From NCBI GenBank assembly GCA_965219415.1, contig CBDCNP010000002.1, forward strand, positions 352,001-416,000: DNA of 64,000 nt. The letters run 5' to 3'. The DNA comes from Candidatus Marinacidobacterales bacterium. GTDB taxonomy: Bacteria; Acidobacteriota; Vicinamibacteria; Marinacidobacterales; DATDRI01. Position numbers and translations under genes: made by a program. Shown here piece after piece: positions 38,107 to 48,340 of this stretch; the first letter of the stretch is position 1; every line of letters starts with the position of its first letter. The notes beneath the pieces are model-generated. The model had not been told where the DNA came from, did no database searches, and was given only the letters and a program-made list of their open reading frames with translations.

Positions 38107-39289
38107 ATGAGCTCACACGCTCGACTCACACTTCTTGTTGGATGGATTCTGGCGTCTCTAGCCGGAGTCGCGGCGCCTCTGGCGGCTCAGGAGTACTATC
38201 CCGCGGCCCACCCAATGGAAGATGCGGTCACCGGAGGAAGTCGGAATGGACTCAGCCCTGCTCGACGAAGCCGTCCGATTCATCAAGGCATCCGAGAATG
38301 AGAACCCTCGGGATCTCGGTGAGTACCTCACGGTCAGACTCACGAGCGAACCCCATAGCGAGATCGTCGGCCCGGTCAAAGAACGCGGCGACGTGAGCGG
38401 CGTCATTCTTCGTCACGGCTACATCGTTGCCGAGTGGGGTGACCCACAACGGGTGGATATGACCTTCAGCGTGACTAAGAGCTTCCTCTCGACGACCGTT
38501 GGGTTAGCCTACGACCGTGGTCTCATTCGAGACGTACAAGATCCCGTCCAAGAGTACGTTCCTCTGGAGCATTTCGACTCGGAGCACAACTCGAAGATCA
38601 CTTGGGACCACCTTCTGCGGCAGACGAGCGACTGGAAGGGAACGCTTTGGGGTAAGCCCGACTGGGCCGACCGTCCCGGCGACAACCCCGCGGAGTGGCT
38701 CACCCGAGCACGACACGAGCCGGGTACCGTCTACAAGTACAACGATGTCCGTGTGAACGTCCTGGCCTTGGCGGCGCTCGAAGTCTGGCGCCGACCTCTG
38801 CCGCAGGTTCTGAAGGAATACGTCATGGATCCCATAGGAGCCTCCAACACGTGGCGCTGGCACGGCTACGAGAACTCTTGGGTCACCATCGATGGATTGA
38901 AGATGCAATCCGCGAGCGGGGGCGGACACTGGGGCGGCGGCATGTTCATATCCGCCCGCGACCAAGCTCGGTTCGGTTACTTCACGCTGCGGCGTGGCAA
39001 ATGGAAGGGCCAACAACTCCTCTCGGAAGAATGGTTCGACATGGCAACCACGCCTACCAAGGCCCGGCCAGGCTATGGCTTCATGAACTTCTTTCTCAAC
39101 ACCGATCGAGAGATGCTACCGAGCGCCCCGGAAAACGCCTTCTGTCACTTGGGCTCGGGGACAAACATGGTTTGTGTGCTTCCGGACCAGGACTTGGTGG
39201 TCGTGGCGCGCTGGATCAAGAGGGATATCGAGGACGGCATCATTCAAAGGGTGCTGGCTTCCCTCAAGCCATCATCGACGACGAACTGA
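38107..39289 (+). CDS. Serine hydrolase, beta-lactamase family (frameshift ~38215)
   Basis: SVTKS (SxxK), HLL.QTS, YND, ARFG; signal peptide in upstream frame. Confidence 0.85.
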
Positions 39290-39293
39290 GGGA

Positions 39294-40499
39294 CTACCGG
39301 CGGCGGTTCCGAGTCGGGAACTTCTGGAATTTCTGGGTAGCGGCGATTTCGTTCAAGCCCTCGCGGACGAGCGATTCGATATCCGAACTCGGCTTCAAAT
39401 CGAGCGCATCCATTAGGTGCTGGTAGGCGGCGGTCGGCTCTCGGAAGGCGTGAAGCTGCAGGAGACCGGCATAGGCGTGGGCCTCAGCCGCGCCCTTATC
39501 CGCCGGATAGTCGCGAAGATGGCGCTGGTAGATAGTGAGCGCGGCCTTGGCGTGCCCGTTCCTCGCAAGCCAATTCCCCAGCGAGATCGAATCATCCGGA
39601 TCCAAGAGACGGCGAGTCGCGTTGGACGGTAGCTCGAAGTAGAGTTTCCCTGCCTCTTCGAACCTCTGTTCTCGAATCGCGTCGGCGACCTTTTTCCGAA
39701 TGGGCGGTGCCTCCGCTGCCGGTGCCCGTCGAGCGCGAAACTCTTCCGGTCGCGAGCGGACCTCGCGAAGACCGGCGATCCATGCCACCAACACTCCCGC
39801 TAAGAAACCCCCGATGTGCGCACCATGCGCCACACCGCCACCGCCACCTCGTGAGATCAGAAAGGGGAAGATATTCTCGAGTACGAGATAGACCCCCAGC
39901 ACCAGGCGCGAACGCAATAGCATCGTTTGCATGATGAACGGAAAAAAGAAAATGAAGACCCGCACTTTGTTGTGAGGAAACCATAGGAAGTAGAAACCGA
40001 GCACTCCGGAAATGGCTCCCGATGCCCCCACCAGCGGAAGCGGTGACCGGCCGGAGAACATTCCGTAGAACAGAGTCGCCGCGACACCGGTGGCCAAGTA
40101 CCAAAAGAGATACTTGAAGGATCCCAGTCGGTGCTCCACGTTGTCTCCATAAATCCACAGGAACAGCATGTTTCCGAAGAGATGAATGAAGCCGCCGTGG
40201 AGGAACATCGCGGTGAAGAGGGTGACCAGAGAAGGGTCTATGCTTCGAAAGCCCCATGAGAAGACAACCAGGTCGTAGGCTGATATTTGTTGAATCACCT
40301 GGGACGGTGAGACGCCCGGCGGCAGGCTTTCACTCACCGCGTTCACATACTCCTGCACGCGCGGATCCTGCGGGTCGGCGGCATTGAAACTGAGTGGCAA
40401 CGAGATGAGAACGTAGACCGCGACGTTCATCGCAATGAGAGCGTAGTTTACGTACGGAACGCCTTGGGGATTAGGCTCATCTCCTAGTGGCAAGAACAT
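39294..40499 (-). CDS. Rhomboid intramembrane serine protease with C-terminal TPR-like region
   Basis: FLHGG..HLFGNM, GASGA, AHIGGF. Confidence 0.92.
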   Translation of the reverse strand: MFLPLGDEPNPQGVPYVNYALIAMNVAVYVLISLPLSFNAADPQDPRVQEYVNAVSESLPPGVSPSQVIQQISAYDLVVFSWGFRSIDPSLVTLFTAMFLHGGFIHLFGNMLFLWIYGDNVEHRLGSFKYLFWYLATGVAATLFYGMFSGRSPLPLVGASGAISGVLGFYFLWFPHNKVRVFIFFFPFIMQTMLLRSRLVLGVYLVLENIFPFLISRGGGGGVAHGAHIGGFLAGVLVAWIAGLREVRSRPEEFRARRAPAAEAPPIRKKVADAIREQRFEEAGKLYFELPSNATRRLLDPDDSISLGNWLARNGHAKAALTIYQRHLRDYPADKGAAEAHAYAGLLQLHAFREPTAAYQHLMDALDLKPSSDIESLVREGLNEIAATQKFQKFPTRNRRR

Positions 40500-40567
40500 G
40501 GCGTGGGTTCGTCGTTTTCGACGTTATTGTCAGGGGGACTATACCACTTGGAAACGCGCCCGAACGC

Positions 40568-42066
40568 CTACCGATAACGCCCCAGCACCGGCCGGCCGGG
40601 CTGGGCGCCGGGAACGGTTTTCCCCTCTCGCACCACGAAGGTGCCATGGACCAGTACGTGCTCGATTCCCTGCGAAAAGCTCAGCCCGTTTTCGAACGTA
40701 GCGGTATCGAGTATCTTGTCCGGATCGAAGACGGTGATGTCCGCGTCGGCGCCCACCTTGATCCGCCCCTTGTTCTTCATGGACGGAGCAATCCCCTCTA
40801 GCCGTCGAGCCGGCATGAGCGTCATCTTGCGCAGGGCTTCCATCAAGGTCAGGACGCCTTGTTCGCGGACGTATCGGCCGAGCACACGGGAGAAGGTCCC
40901 GGCGCCACGAGGATGGGCCCCGGGCGCGTACGGCATACCATCCGACCCAATCATTACGAACGGCGTGCGCATCGCGAGCTCTATCCATTCTGGTTTCATC
41001 ATGTGGATGATGACGACGCCGCCTTTCTCGCGGTATGTCTCAAAAGTCTCCTGGGTGAGTCGCTCTCCCGTATCTTGCCACTGCAGATCCCGGTACGAGA
41101 TCTGCATACGCTCTCGCCATCCTTCGTCGAAGATCGCCGATTGCAAGAACGTGGAAGCGGCGGTGTAAGGGTAGGCTTCCGTAGTCACGTCCAAACCCCT
41201 CTGTTGCGCCCCCGCAATCAACTCCAGAACCGTCGGCAGCGCGCCAAGACTCATGCTGTTCACGTGGACGATGTGGAGCGAGGCGCCGGTGGCAGCGGCG
41301 TTGGCGATCACCTCTTGCATCGCATCGATCCGCATCGCCCGGACGTGCGTGAAGATCGGAACCTCCCAGCCTTCGGCCATTTCAAACACTCGATAGATCT
41401 CCTCGTGGGTCGCGCCCGGGAAGTATTGATGCTCCATGCCAATTCCGAGGGCACCTTCGCGGAGACCCGACTCAAAGCTTTCCTTCAGGCGAGCGAGTCC
41501 CTCGAGACCCAGCCTCTCGTAGGCACCTTTCATCAGCGCCAAATAGTCGGCGTCCCCGAAGGGGCGACTCTCCAACTCCGCTCGAAGTCTGTTTCCGATC
41601 TCTTGGAACTCCGGCATCACCGTCGTCCGCAGCATGCCGTGGCCGGCGGTGGCACCGAAGTTGATGAGCGCCTTCCCCGCCCGTGAACGGATGAAGGCGC
41701 CGACGAACGGCATCCCCCCTTCGAGCTCGAGCGCGGTGGTGACTCCGTCGTGAACCTGAAACTCATTGGCTTCGTTGGTTTGGCCGTGTGCGTGCAGATC
41801 GATGAAACCTGGGGCGACCACCAAGCCCCGGACATCGACGATAGTTGTCCCCTCGAGAGGTTGGGTAGAAATCTCAGAAATCCGGTCACCTTGAATGCCG
41901 ACGTAGCGCACCGCATCGAGACCGCTCTCTGGATTCATCACCCGCCTCCGGCCAGAACGATGTCGAACCGAGTGGCCGCGGACTGGGAGTAGACTTCACA
42001 CCCCGGCAACGCACACAAGCTGAGGAGCGCCAAAACGTAAACGTAGCGACGGGTGAGACTCTGCAT
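40568..42066 (-). CDS. Amidohydrolase, N-acyl-D-amino acid deacylase-like lipoprotein (frameshift ~41940)
   Basis: PGFIDLHAH, EAYPY, IGSDG, HPRGAGTF, GADADITVFD; LPGC lipobox. Confidence 0.85.
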
Positions 42067-42074
42067 CTTGGTTC

Positions 42075-43677
42075 CTAGTTCAAATCGGAGAACGTGTTCT
42101 CGGCTTTTTCGATGAACGGCGGCCGCCAATTCGGGAACCGGTCTCGAAAAATATGGTCCCGTCCGTAATGCTCCTCCAAGAGACGTCCCTTGGCGGTCCC
42201 TCCGTTCCAGAGGTCGTACTCGGGGACCGCGTACCTCTCGAAGAAAGCGTTCAATCTCTCGTCGAGCGTCCCCACGACCTCTCGGTAGGCGGGATCGGCT
42301 GCTAGGTTGATGGTCTCGCCGGGATCGGCCTCCATATCAAAGAGAGTATCCGGCTCCTCTCGATCGAAACGCTTCATGTACTTCCACTTGGGCGTTCGGA
42401 TCACTCGGAGAGTGACGAACTCGAAGAAAGCGGCGTCCTCCCAGCCCATGTCTTCTCCACTTAGGAGCCCCGCATAGGTCTTCCCCGGCGTGTTCTCGAT
42501 CGTCACGTCACCCATCCCGAGATAGTCGAGGACCGTCGGGAAGAAATCGTATTGCCCGACGAGTCGATCGGTCTCGGCGCCGGCTGGAATACGCCCAGGA
42601 TGCCGAAAGATCATAGGGATCTGCATGTGGACGTTCAACACCGTAAAGGGAAACGACCAGGAGGTGTTCCCCCAGAAGCCATGCTGCCCGTATGAGGCCG
42701 CCTGATCGGAGGTGTAGATGACCAACGTATTGTCATCGAAGCCGTGCCGGCCCAGCGCCTCCATCACTCTGCCCACGCCATCATCCACCATGGTCGTCTC
42801 GGACGCGGTGTTGACGACCGCCGCTCTGTTCGTCAGCGCATCGATGGCCTTCGCCGCCGTCGTTCCTTCGTCGATCATCAAGTCCGAGGGTCCCCTGCCT
42901 CGCGCCCACCTCATCACGTAAGGATGGGGCGCCGACTCCCGGGCGAAGTCGGGCGTATGCGCCTCGTAATGGGCCGCGTGACGGGTTCGCGGTTCCATGT
43001 TCACGGTGGGTGGCAACATGTAGGGACCGTTGTAAGGAAAGATACAAGAAGAAAGGTCTGTCGTCGGTCTGGCGCGAAATGAAGTCGATTGCCTTATCGG
43101 TCCAGAAGTCGGTGAGATGATTCTTCACCGTGTACGCCTCGCCGTTGTCGATGACCGACTGGTCATAGAAAGTCGTGGTGTGGCCAGAGGGAAACGTCAC
43201 CCAATACTGGAAGCCGAGCTGCGGCTCGGCAGCCTCGCCTAGATGATACTTGCCGACGAGACCAGTGGTATAGCCGGCCTCGGACAAGGTCTGGGGCAAC
43301 GAGCGGAATTCCTCGACGGCCGACCAGCCGGAGACGCCGGTGACACCGGGGAGCGCTACGTGGATACCGGTCTGAGAAGGGATGAGTCCAGTTAGTAAAG
43401 TCGCACGTGTCGGAGAGCACACGCCGTTCACGGCGAAAGCGCGATTGAATCGAATTCCTTCCTCCGCCAGGCGATCGATGTTGGGGGTTTTGACCTGAGT
43501 ATTCCCATAGGTCCCGAGTAACGAATGACTCTGGTTGTCCGAGACGATGAGAAGCAGATTGGGGGGACGAGACGAGTCTTCCCCAGCGCAGCCGATGGCC
43601 CCAACCGCGATTGCAAGAGAGAGTACGTCTCGTATTCGTAGCACTTGAGCGCTTCCTTGGCATTCATGCGCGACCAC
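42075..43677 (-). CDS. Sulfatase (frameshift ~43035)
   Basis: PNLLLIVSD, TPNIDRLA, CSPTR (FGly motif), GKYHLG, YTSDQ, DFFPT across two ORFs. Confidence 0.88.
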
Positions 43678-43760
43678 CGTAATGGTCGCGCATGAGCGCG
43701 CAGAATACTCGCCAGCCTCTACGGTAGCAAGTTGGTTTGGAGGAAGGCGCTCGAACAGAT

Positions 43761-44213
43761 CTAACTGAGGAAATCGGCTGGGTCGACCCGCTGCACTTCA
43801 TCCACGACGTCGAAATCGCTATCGGTAGACAAGAGACGACGTAGCCCACCCTCTTCCATCGCAGCGATGTGGATGGCGTCGCGGGCGGTGATGCTTCCGT
43901 ATCGGAGCAAGAGCTCGCGGGCCCGAGCGGTGGTTCGCTCCGATACCGGGAGTACCTCGTCGCACAACTGAGTCGCCGCGCCGTAGACCTCGCGAGCAAC
44001 GTCGGGCTTCTGAAGTGTGAAATAGCGGTGCAGAATCTCCTGCAGGACCTCCGAGTCCGTTACCAGGCTCACGCGTTGATCGATTGCCGCCTGTAACGCG
44101 GCTCGGCAAGACTCGCGGAGAGAATGAGGCCCACCCGCGGCGTAAATCAGAACATTGGCGTCGAGAAAGTAGGCGTCAGGCTTTGTCTTTCCTGATGTCC
44201 GTCTTGAGACCAC
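43761..44213 (-). CDS. vapC: VapC-like PIN domain toxin
   Basis: FLDANVLIYA, VLQEI, RDAIHIA, STDSDFD. Confidence 0.88.
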   Translation of the reverse strand: MVSRRTSGKTKPDAYFLDANVLIYAAGGPHSLRESCRAALQAAIDQRVSLVTDSEVLQEILHRYFTLQKPDVAREVYGAATQLCDEVLPVSERTTARARELLLRYGSITARDAIHIAAMEEGGLRRLLSTDSDFDVVDEVQRVDPADFLS

Positions 44214-44445
44214 CGTACTGCTGCTTCCAATCGCCGTAGATTTCAGGAGCCGCCGTCGGTGCGAGCGAGAGAAGCTTCTGCAACGCTCGCCGCTTGACCC
44301 GTTCGGCCTCTGGCGTCAGGCAATACTTCTGGATTGACTCCCGGACCAATCCCGCGAGCTTCTTGCCGTCTCGGCGCGCGATACGCGACAGTTCTTGATA
44401 CTGCGCTTCGTCCAGCGTCACCTGGATCTTCTTGGTTTTGGGCAC
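44176..44445 (-). CDS. Ribbon-helix-helix antitoxin (VapB/CopG-like)
   Basis: KKIQVTLD...L..IARRDGKKLAGLVRESI; immediately upstream of PIN toxin. Confidence 0.78.
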   Translation of the reverse strand: MPKTKKIQVTLDEAQYQELSRIARRDGKKLAGLVRESIQKYCLTPEAERVKRRALQKLLSLAPTAAPEIYGDWKQQYGGLKTDIRKDKA

Positions 44446-44477
44446 TTTACTCTCCTATTAATAAGTGTATAAATTAA

Positions 44478-44491
44478 TAACACATGTGTTA
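44478..44491. promoter_or_regulatory. Palindromic operator upstream of TA operon
   Basis: Perfect 14-bp palindrome TAACACATGTGTTA in an AT-rich patch ~33 bp upstream of antitoxin. Confidence 0.6.
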
Positions 44492-44724
44492 ATAATTTTG
44501 TGTCATACCGAACATAAGGAAACCAAGGGAAATCCAGAGCCTGAACGAGGGAGGCAAGTGGCAGGAAGCGAAGTCGTTTTTTATTAGGAAGATAGGCGGA
44601 TCGGCTGACTGCGTCCGGCCGGTCGGCGTTTTCTCAAGCCTTGTGGTACGATTTAGGAGTGGAAGGTCCGACCCTAGGCCCGCGCGCCGCGAGACAAATA
44701 AGCCGCTGAAAGCAGCCTTCTAAA

Positions 44725-45445
44725 ATGGCAGCCATCCCTAGGCGAATCGATCTACCCGTCCCTTACCCGGTGCTTTTGAAATCGGCCCTCAACTCCGGCC
44801 GGGGACAGCTGGTCAACGTCTCTTCAGATGGTGTCTATGTGGCCACGCCGATGCTTCTCCTCCCCCAAGCGCAGGTGAGTATGCTCATCATCCTGCCGGA
44901 GATGAAACCGGTGAAGGCCGAGGCGATCGTCACCTGGGAGAACCGGGGTACCGTGCGTCGCGGAGGCCTACCGGAGGGCTATGGCCTGCGCTTCATCAGG
45001 CTCCCCGAGGAGACCGCGCACAAAATCCGGGAGCTCCTAGACACCGCCACGGATCCGACGCCGACCATGCCCTTGGGACAAAAATACAGCGACTACTTTC
45101 AAGCCGAAGAAGAGCAACCCGAAGGACCTCCCTATCCACTCCAGGAGGACTCGCTCCTCCACCACGCTCCGGACCGGCCCGGAATATTCTCACTCTCTTA
45201 CGATCGGGCCCAGGAGGCTTGGATTGGCCGGGCGGACCACAGCCTTCGAGGGACCCTCGCGAGTTTCGTCGGCGAGTATGCTTACTTCTACTGTGAGGTC
45301 GTCGAGGACGAGACGGAGCGCTTCTATAGCGAGTGCAAGTCCTATCACCGCATGGGTGGCGAGCGGGGACAGCTCGACAACCCCGAGCATCCCACAGCGC
45401 CTTCACGTTCGGGCCTCGAATAGTCCCGTCTGCGTGCCAGTCTAA
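44725..45445 (+). CDS. PilZ domain fused to GIY-YIG-like small domain (probable 1-nt indel at 45422)
   Basis: PRR...NVSSDG...AIVTW...GYGLRF; PGIFSL...WIGRAD..LRGTL...EC..YH...DNPEHP; removing one A extends it to ECPVCVPV*. Confidence 0.62.
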
Positions 45446-46041
45446 CGGGCCCGGGCATCAATCCAGCGCGCGTGGCGCCCCACCCCCCCACGCGCGGCGG
45501 CGCCCAGTGCCAAGGCCTTGAAGATGTCGGTTCCGCGGCGGAATCCACCATCGATCAGAACCGGGAGCCGACCTTGAACCGCTTCCACTACTTCCGGCAG
45601 GCATTCGATAGTCCCTCGGTTGCTCTCTTCTCCGGGATGTGGCGCCTCGGGCCGAAGCCAACTCCCCTTCCGGATGCATGGGGCGTTGCAACCCTACCGG
45701 GGCCAGGATGATCGGCGTCTCATGGGTCTCCCCGAACAACCGCACGCTCGTGTCGACGTTGCTCACGTCCACGAGTCTTCGAACACGCAGTTGCAACCGG
45801 TCGAAGGCCTCGCGATGGCGCGCATTGTTTTTTCATCGTCGGATCCACCGGCGATGAAGTCATAGAATGGCTTGGGCAGCTTCCCGCGTGCCACGGGCTC
45901 GAGCTGGAAAACATTGATGGCGTCCCCAGCGGTGCCCGGAAGCTTTTCCTCGAGCGCATTTGCGACACCGGTGGCGAAGTAGCCAATGAGAGGCGAGTAG
46001 GCCAAGAATCGCAGGAATTCTCTACGCGGGTTGACGTCCAT
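45442..46041 (-). pseudogene. FMN-dependent alpha-hydroxy acid oxidase pseudogene
   Basis: N-terminal FIAGGSDDE...[15 protein letters not shown] joined almost directly to [20 protein letters not shown]; central barrel and C-terminus missing. Confidence 0.8.
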
Positions 46042-46068
46042 CAATCTCCTTTTGACCAGCCGGCTCGC

Positions 46069-46821
46069 CTATCGACTAGCCAGTCCGCCGGCCGTTTCTC
46101 CACCATCCATCGTATAGACATGTCCGGTAATGAAGGCAGCATCGTCCGAAGCTAGGAAAGAGAACAGGGCGGCGATTTCCTCTGGCTTGGCGTGGCGGCC
46201 GAGCGGTATCTTTTGATTCACCTCTTGCAGCTCCACGTCGGAGTATTCGGCGCGCTGCATCGGCGTCAGGACGTAGCCCGGGGAGACGGCGTTGACTCGC
46301 ACTTTCGGCGCCAGCTCGAGAGCCATCGAACGCGTGAGCGCAATCACACCGGCCTTGCTCACGTTGTAGTCGGCATAGTTGGGATAGCCGAAGCGGCCGC
46401 TGGTCGACGCGGTGTTCAGAATCACCCCCCCCTCGCCCTCGACCATGCTGCGCGCCGCGGTCTGCGCCACGTAGAACATGCCGGTGAGATTTACCGCCAA
46501 CACCCGATCCCATTCCTCCGCGGTGATGTCCAAAAAAGAGTGGCGGATACTGATACCCGCGTTATTGATCACGACGTCGACGCCACCCATGACCTCATTC
46601 GCCTCCGCGAAGGCGGCTCGAACCTGTTCTAGGTTGGAAACGTCGCACGCGATTGAGCCAGCGAGCTCCGGGAGATCTTCGGCGAATTTCCTTCCCGCCT
46701 CTTCGTCGCGATCCAGAATCGCCGTCCGCGCCCCTTCATCGAGGAAGCGATGGGCGGTTGCCGCGCCGATGCCGCTCGCACCGCCGGTGATCAAGACCCT
46801 CTTTCCCGTCAAGCCTAGCAT
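46069..46821 (-). CDS. SDR family oxidoreductase
   Basis: TGGASGIG, NNAG, YNVSK. Confidence 0.92.
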   Translation of the reverse strand: MLGLTGKRVLITGGASGIGAATAHRFLDEGARTAILDRDEEAGRKFAEDLPELAGSIACDVSNLEQVRAAFAEANEVMGGVDVVINNAGISIRHSFLDITAEEWDRVLAVNLTGMFYVAQTAARSMVEGEGGVILNTASTSGRFGYPNYADYNVSKAGVIALTRSMALELAPKVRVNAVSPGYVLTPMQRAEYSDVELQEVNQKIPLGRHAKPEEIAALFSFLASDDAAFITGHVYTMDGGETAGGLASR

Positions 46822-46836
46822 ATCACCCCTGCCCGC

Positions 46837-48168
46837 TCAGTCCGCGCGGGACAGATCGTCCAACGCCTCGCCGATAGCAACCACCGTGGCGTCGATGTCG
46901 GCGTCCTGGTGGGCGAGACAGGTTACCGAGTGAAGAGCGGCGGAAGGGCTGATGTAAACGCCCCGCCGAATCAGACTGTGGGCGAAGCGCTTGAACTTGG
47001 CCGCATCTACATGTGCACAGTAGTCGCGATAGTTGCGAATAGCAGGTTGTTCCGTGAACATCACCTGAAGCATGGGGCCGACGCCCTGAACGATCGCCTT
47101 CACCCCGCTAGCCTCGATGGCATCAGCGATTCCCCTCTGCAGCCTCTCCCCCAACTCATGAAGACGTCGAAAGCCACCGTTCTCGTCTCGCGTCAGCTCG
47201 TCGAGACTCGCCTGCACGATGTGCAGCCCGAGCCGAGGGGCATTCTGCGTGCCGTAGTGAAGCACGCCTCCCCATCGAAGGCCATCCATGATCTCGACTG
47301 CGCCGCTGATCGCGGCCACCGGGTAGCCGCACCCAAGCGCCTTACCAAAGATCGTGATGTCCGGTCGAACGTCGTAGAGCTCGGCGCAACCACCTGCAGC
47401 GACGCGAAAGCCGGTCACCGTTTCGTCCATGATCATGAGGATCTTGTGATCCTGCGTCAGTTCCCGAACGTGTTTCAAGAAGCCTGGCTCCGGCGGAATG
47501 ACTCCGATGTTCGCCATGATCCCTTCGGTGATCACCGCAGCAAGCTGCCCCAAGTGAGAATCGATCGCGCGCTCGAGGGCGTCGGAGTCGTTCCAAGGAA
47601 CGACGACGGTGTTGGCGAAGGCTTCCGAAGGCACGCCCGAGCTGTCGGGAATCGTCACCGGATCATGAGGATGCCCGAGGGACGTGATGGGATGAGGGTG
47701 AGAGCTGAGCAGAAAATCATCGTACCAACCGTGGTAGTGCCCCTCGAATTTGATGAATTTGCTCCGCCCGGTGATGCCGCGCGCCAGTCGAATGGCGGCC
47801 ATGGCGGCCTCGGTGCCGGTGTTCGCGAACCGGATCCTCTCCGCACCGGGGACCATGCCGACGAGCTTTTCTGCGACTTCGACTTCGACCGCCGACGCGG
47901 TGGCGAAGAGACTTCCCCCGGCGATGGTGTTGCGGACCGTCTCGACGATGCGCGGATGGGCATGCCCTAAGGGCAAGGCTCCATAAGAAAGCATGAGATC
48001 GATGTACTCGTTGCCGTCCACATCGTAGAGTCGGCATCCTTCGCCCCGATCCATAAAGATTGGATAGGGCTCGTAGTTGACGCGCCCCCGCGACGGTGAG
48101 CTTACGCCCTCGACCAAGACCTCGAGCGCGCGCGCATACCACTCGGCCGATTTGTTCGTTGAAACCAT
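46837..48168 (-). CDS. Class-III aminotransferase (GSA-aminomutase-like)
   Basis: DVDGNEYID, FANTGTEA, FEGHYHG, MDETVTGFR, FGKALG. Confidence 0.88.
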   Translation of the reverse strand: MVSTNKSAEWYARALEVLVEGVSSPSRGRVNYEPYPIFMDRGEGCRLYDVDGNEYIDLMLSYGALPLGHAHPRIVETVRNTIAGGSLFATASAVEVEVAEKLVGMVPGAERIRFANTGTEAAMAAIRLARGITGRSKFIKFEGHYHGWYDDFLLSSHPHPITSLGHPHDPVTIPDSSGVPSEAFANTVVVPWNDSDALERAIDSHLGQLAAVITEGIMANIGVIPPEPGFLKHVRELTQDHKILMIMDETVTGFRVAAGGCAELYDVRPDITIFGKALGCGYPVAAISGAVEIMDGLRWGGVLHYGTQNAPRLGLHIVQASLDELTRDENGGFRRLHELGERLQRGIADAIEASGVKAIVQGVGPMLQVMFTEQPAIRNYRDYCAHVDAAKFKRFAHSLIRRGVYISPSAALHSVTCLAHQDADIDATVVAIGEALDDLSRAD

Positions 48169-48185
48169 TGCACTCCCCTCGATGT

Positions 48186-48315
48186 CTACCTAGTCTGCTT
48201 CAAATAGGTATCGAAGCAGCGACGCAACTCGCTCGCCGCGGCCTCGACCTCCTCGAACCGCATCCGCGGCCAATCGTACCGCAAAACTCTTGCAGTATAC
48301 GCACCGTCTTGTCGG
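48186..48315 (-). pseudogene. Displaced 3' end of gene 55093-56256 (direct repeat)
   Basis: About 130-bp repeat of 55093-55223 with 72 identical bp (48215-48286 vs 55122-55193); encodes ...EEVEAAASELRRCFDTYLKQTR* vs ...RRCYDTYVEQTG*. Confidence 0.9.
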
Positions 48316-48340
48316 GACCTAACCCCCTCCCGCTCGGCCA

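Noticed and set aside
1-45445. Many split genes (kinase, DUF1648, SDR, ArgE, GSA-AT, MglA fusion, serine hydrolase, amidohydrolase, sulfatase) as programmed frameshifting or mass pseudogenisation
   Set aside because: Breaks are isolated 1-nt indels in unrelated genes with otherwise intact motifs and no shared slippery site; best explained by sequencing or assembly error
45463-45500. Third copy of the GGGGCCCCACCCCCACG repeat
   Set aside because: Falls where the oxidase pseudogene would encode its A.GVGR..W motif, so the similarity may be coincidental coding sequence
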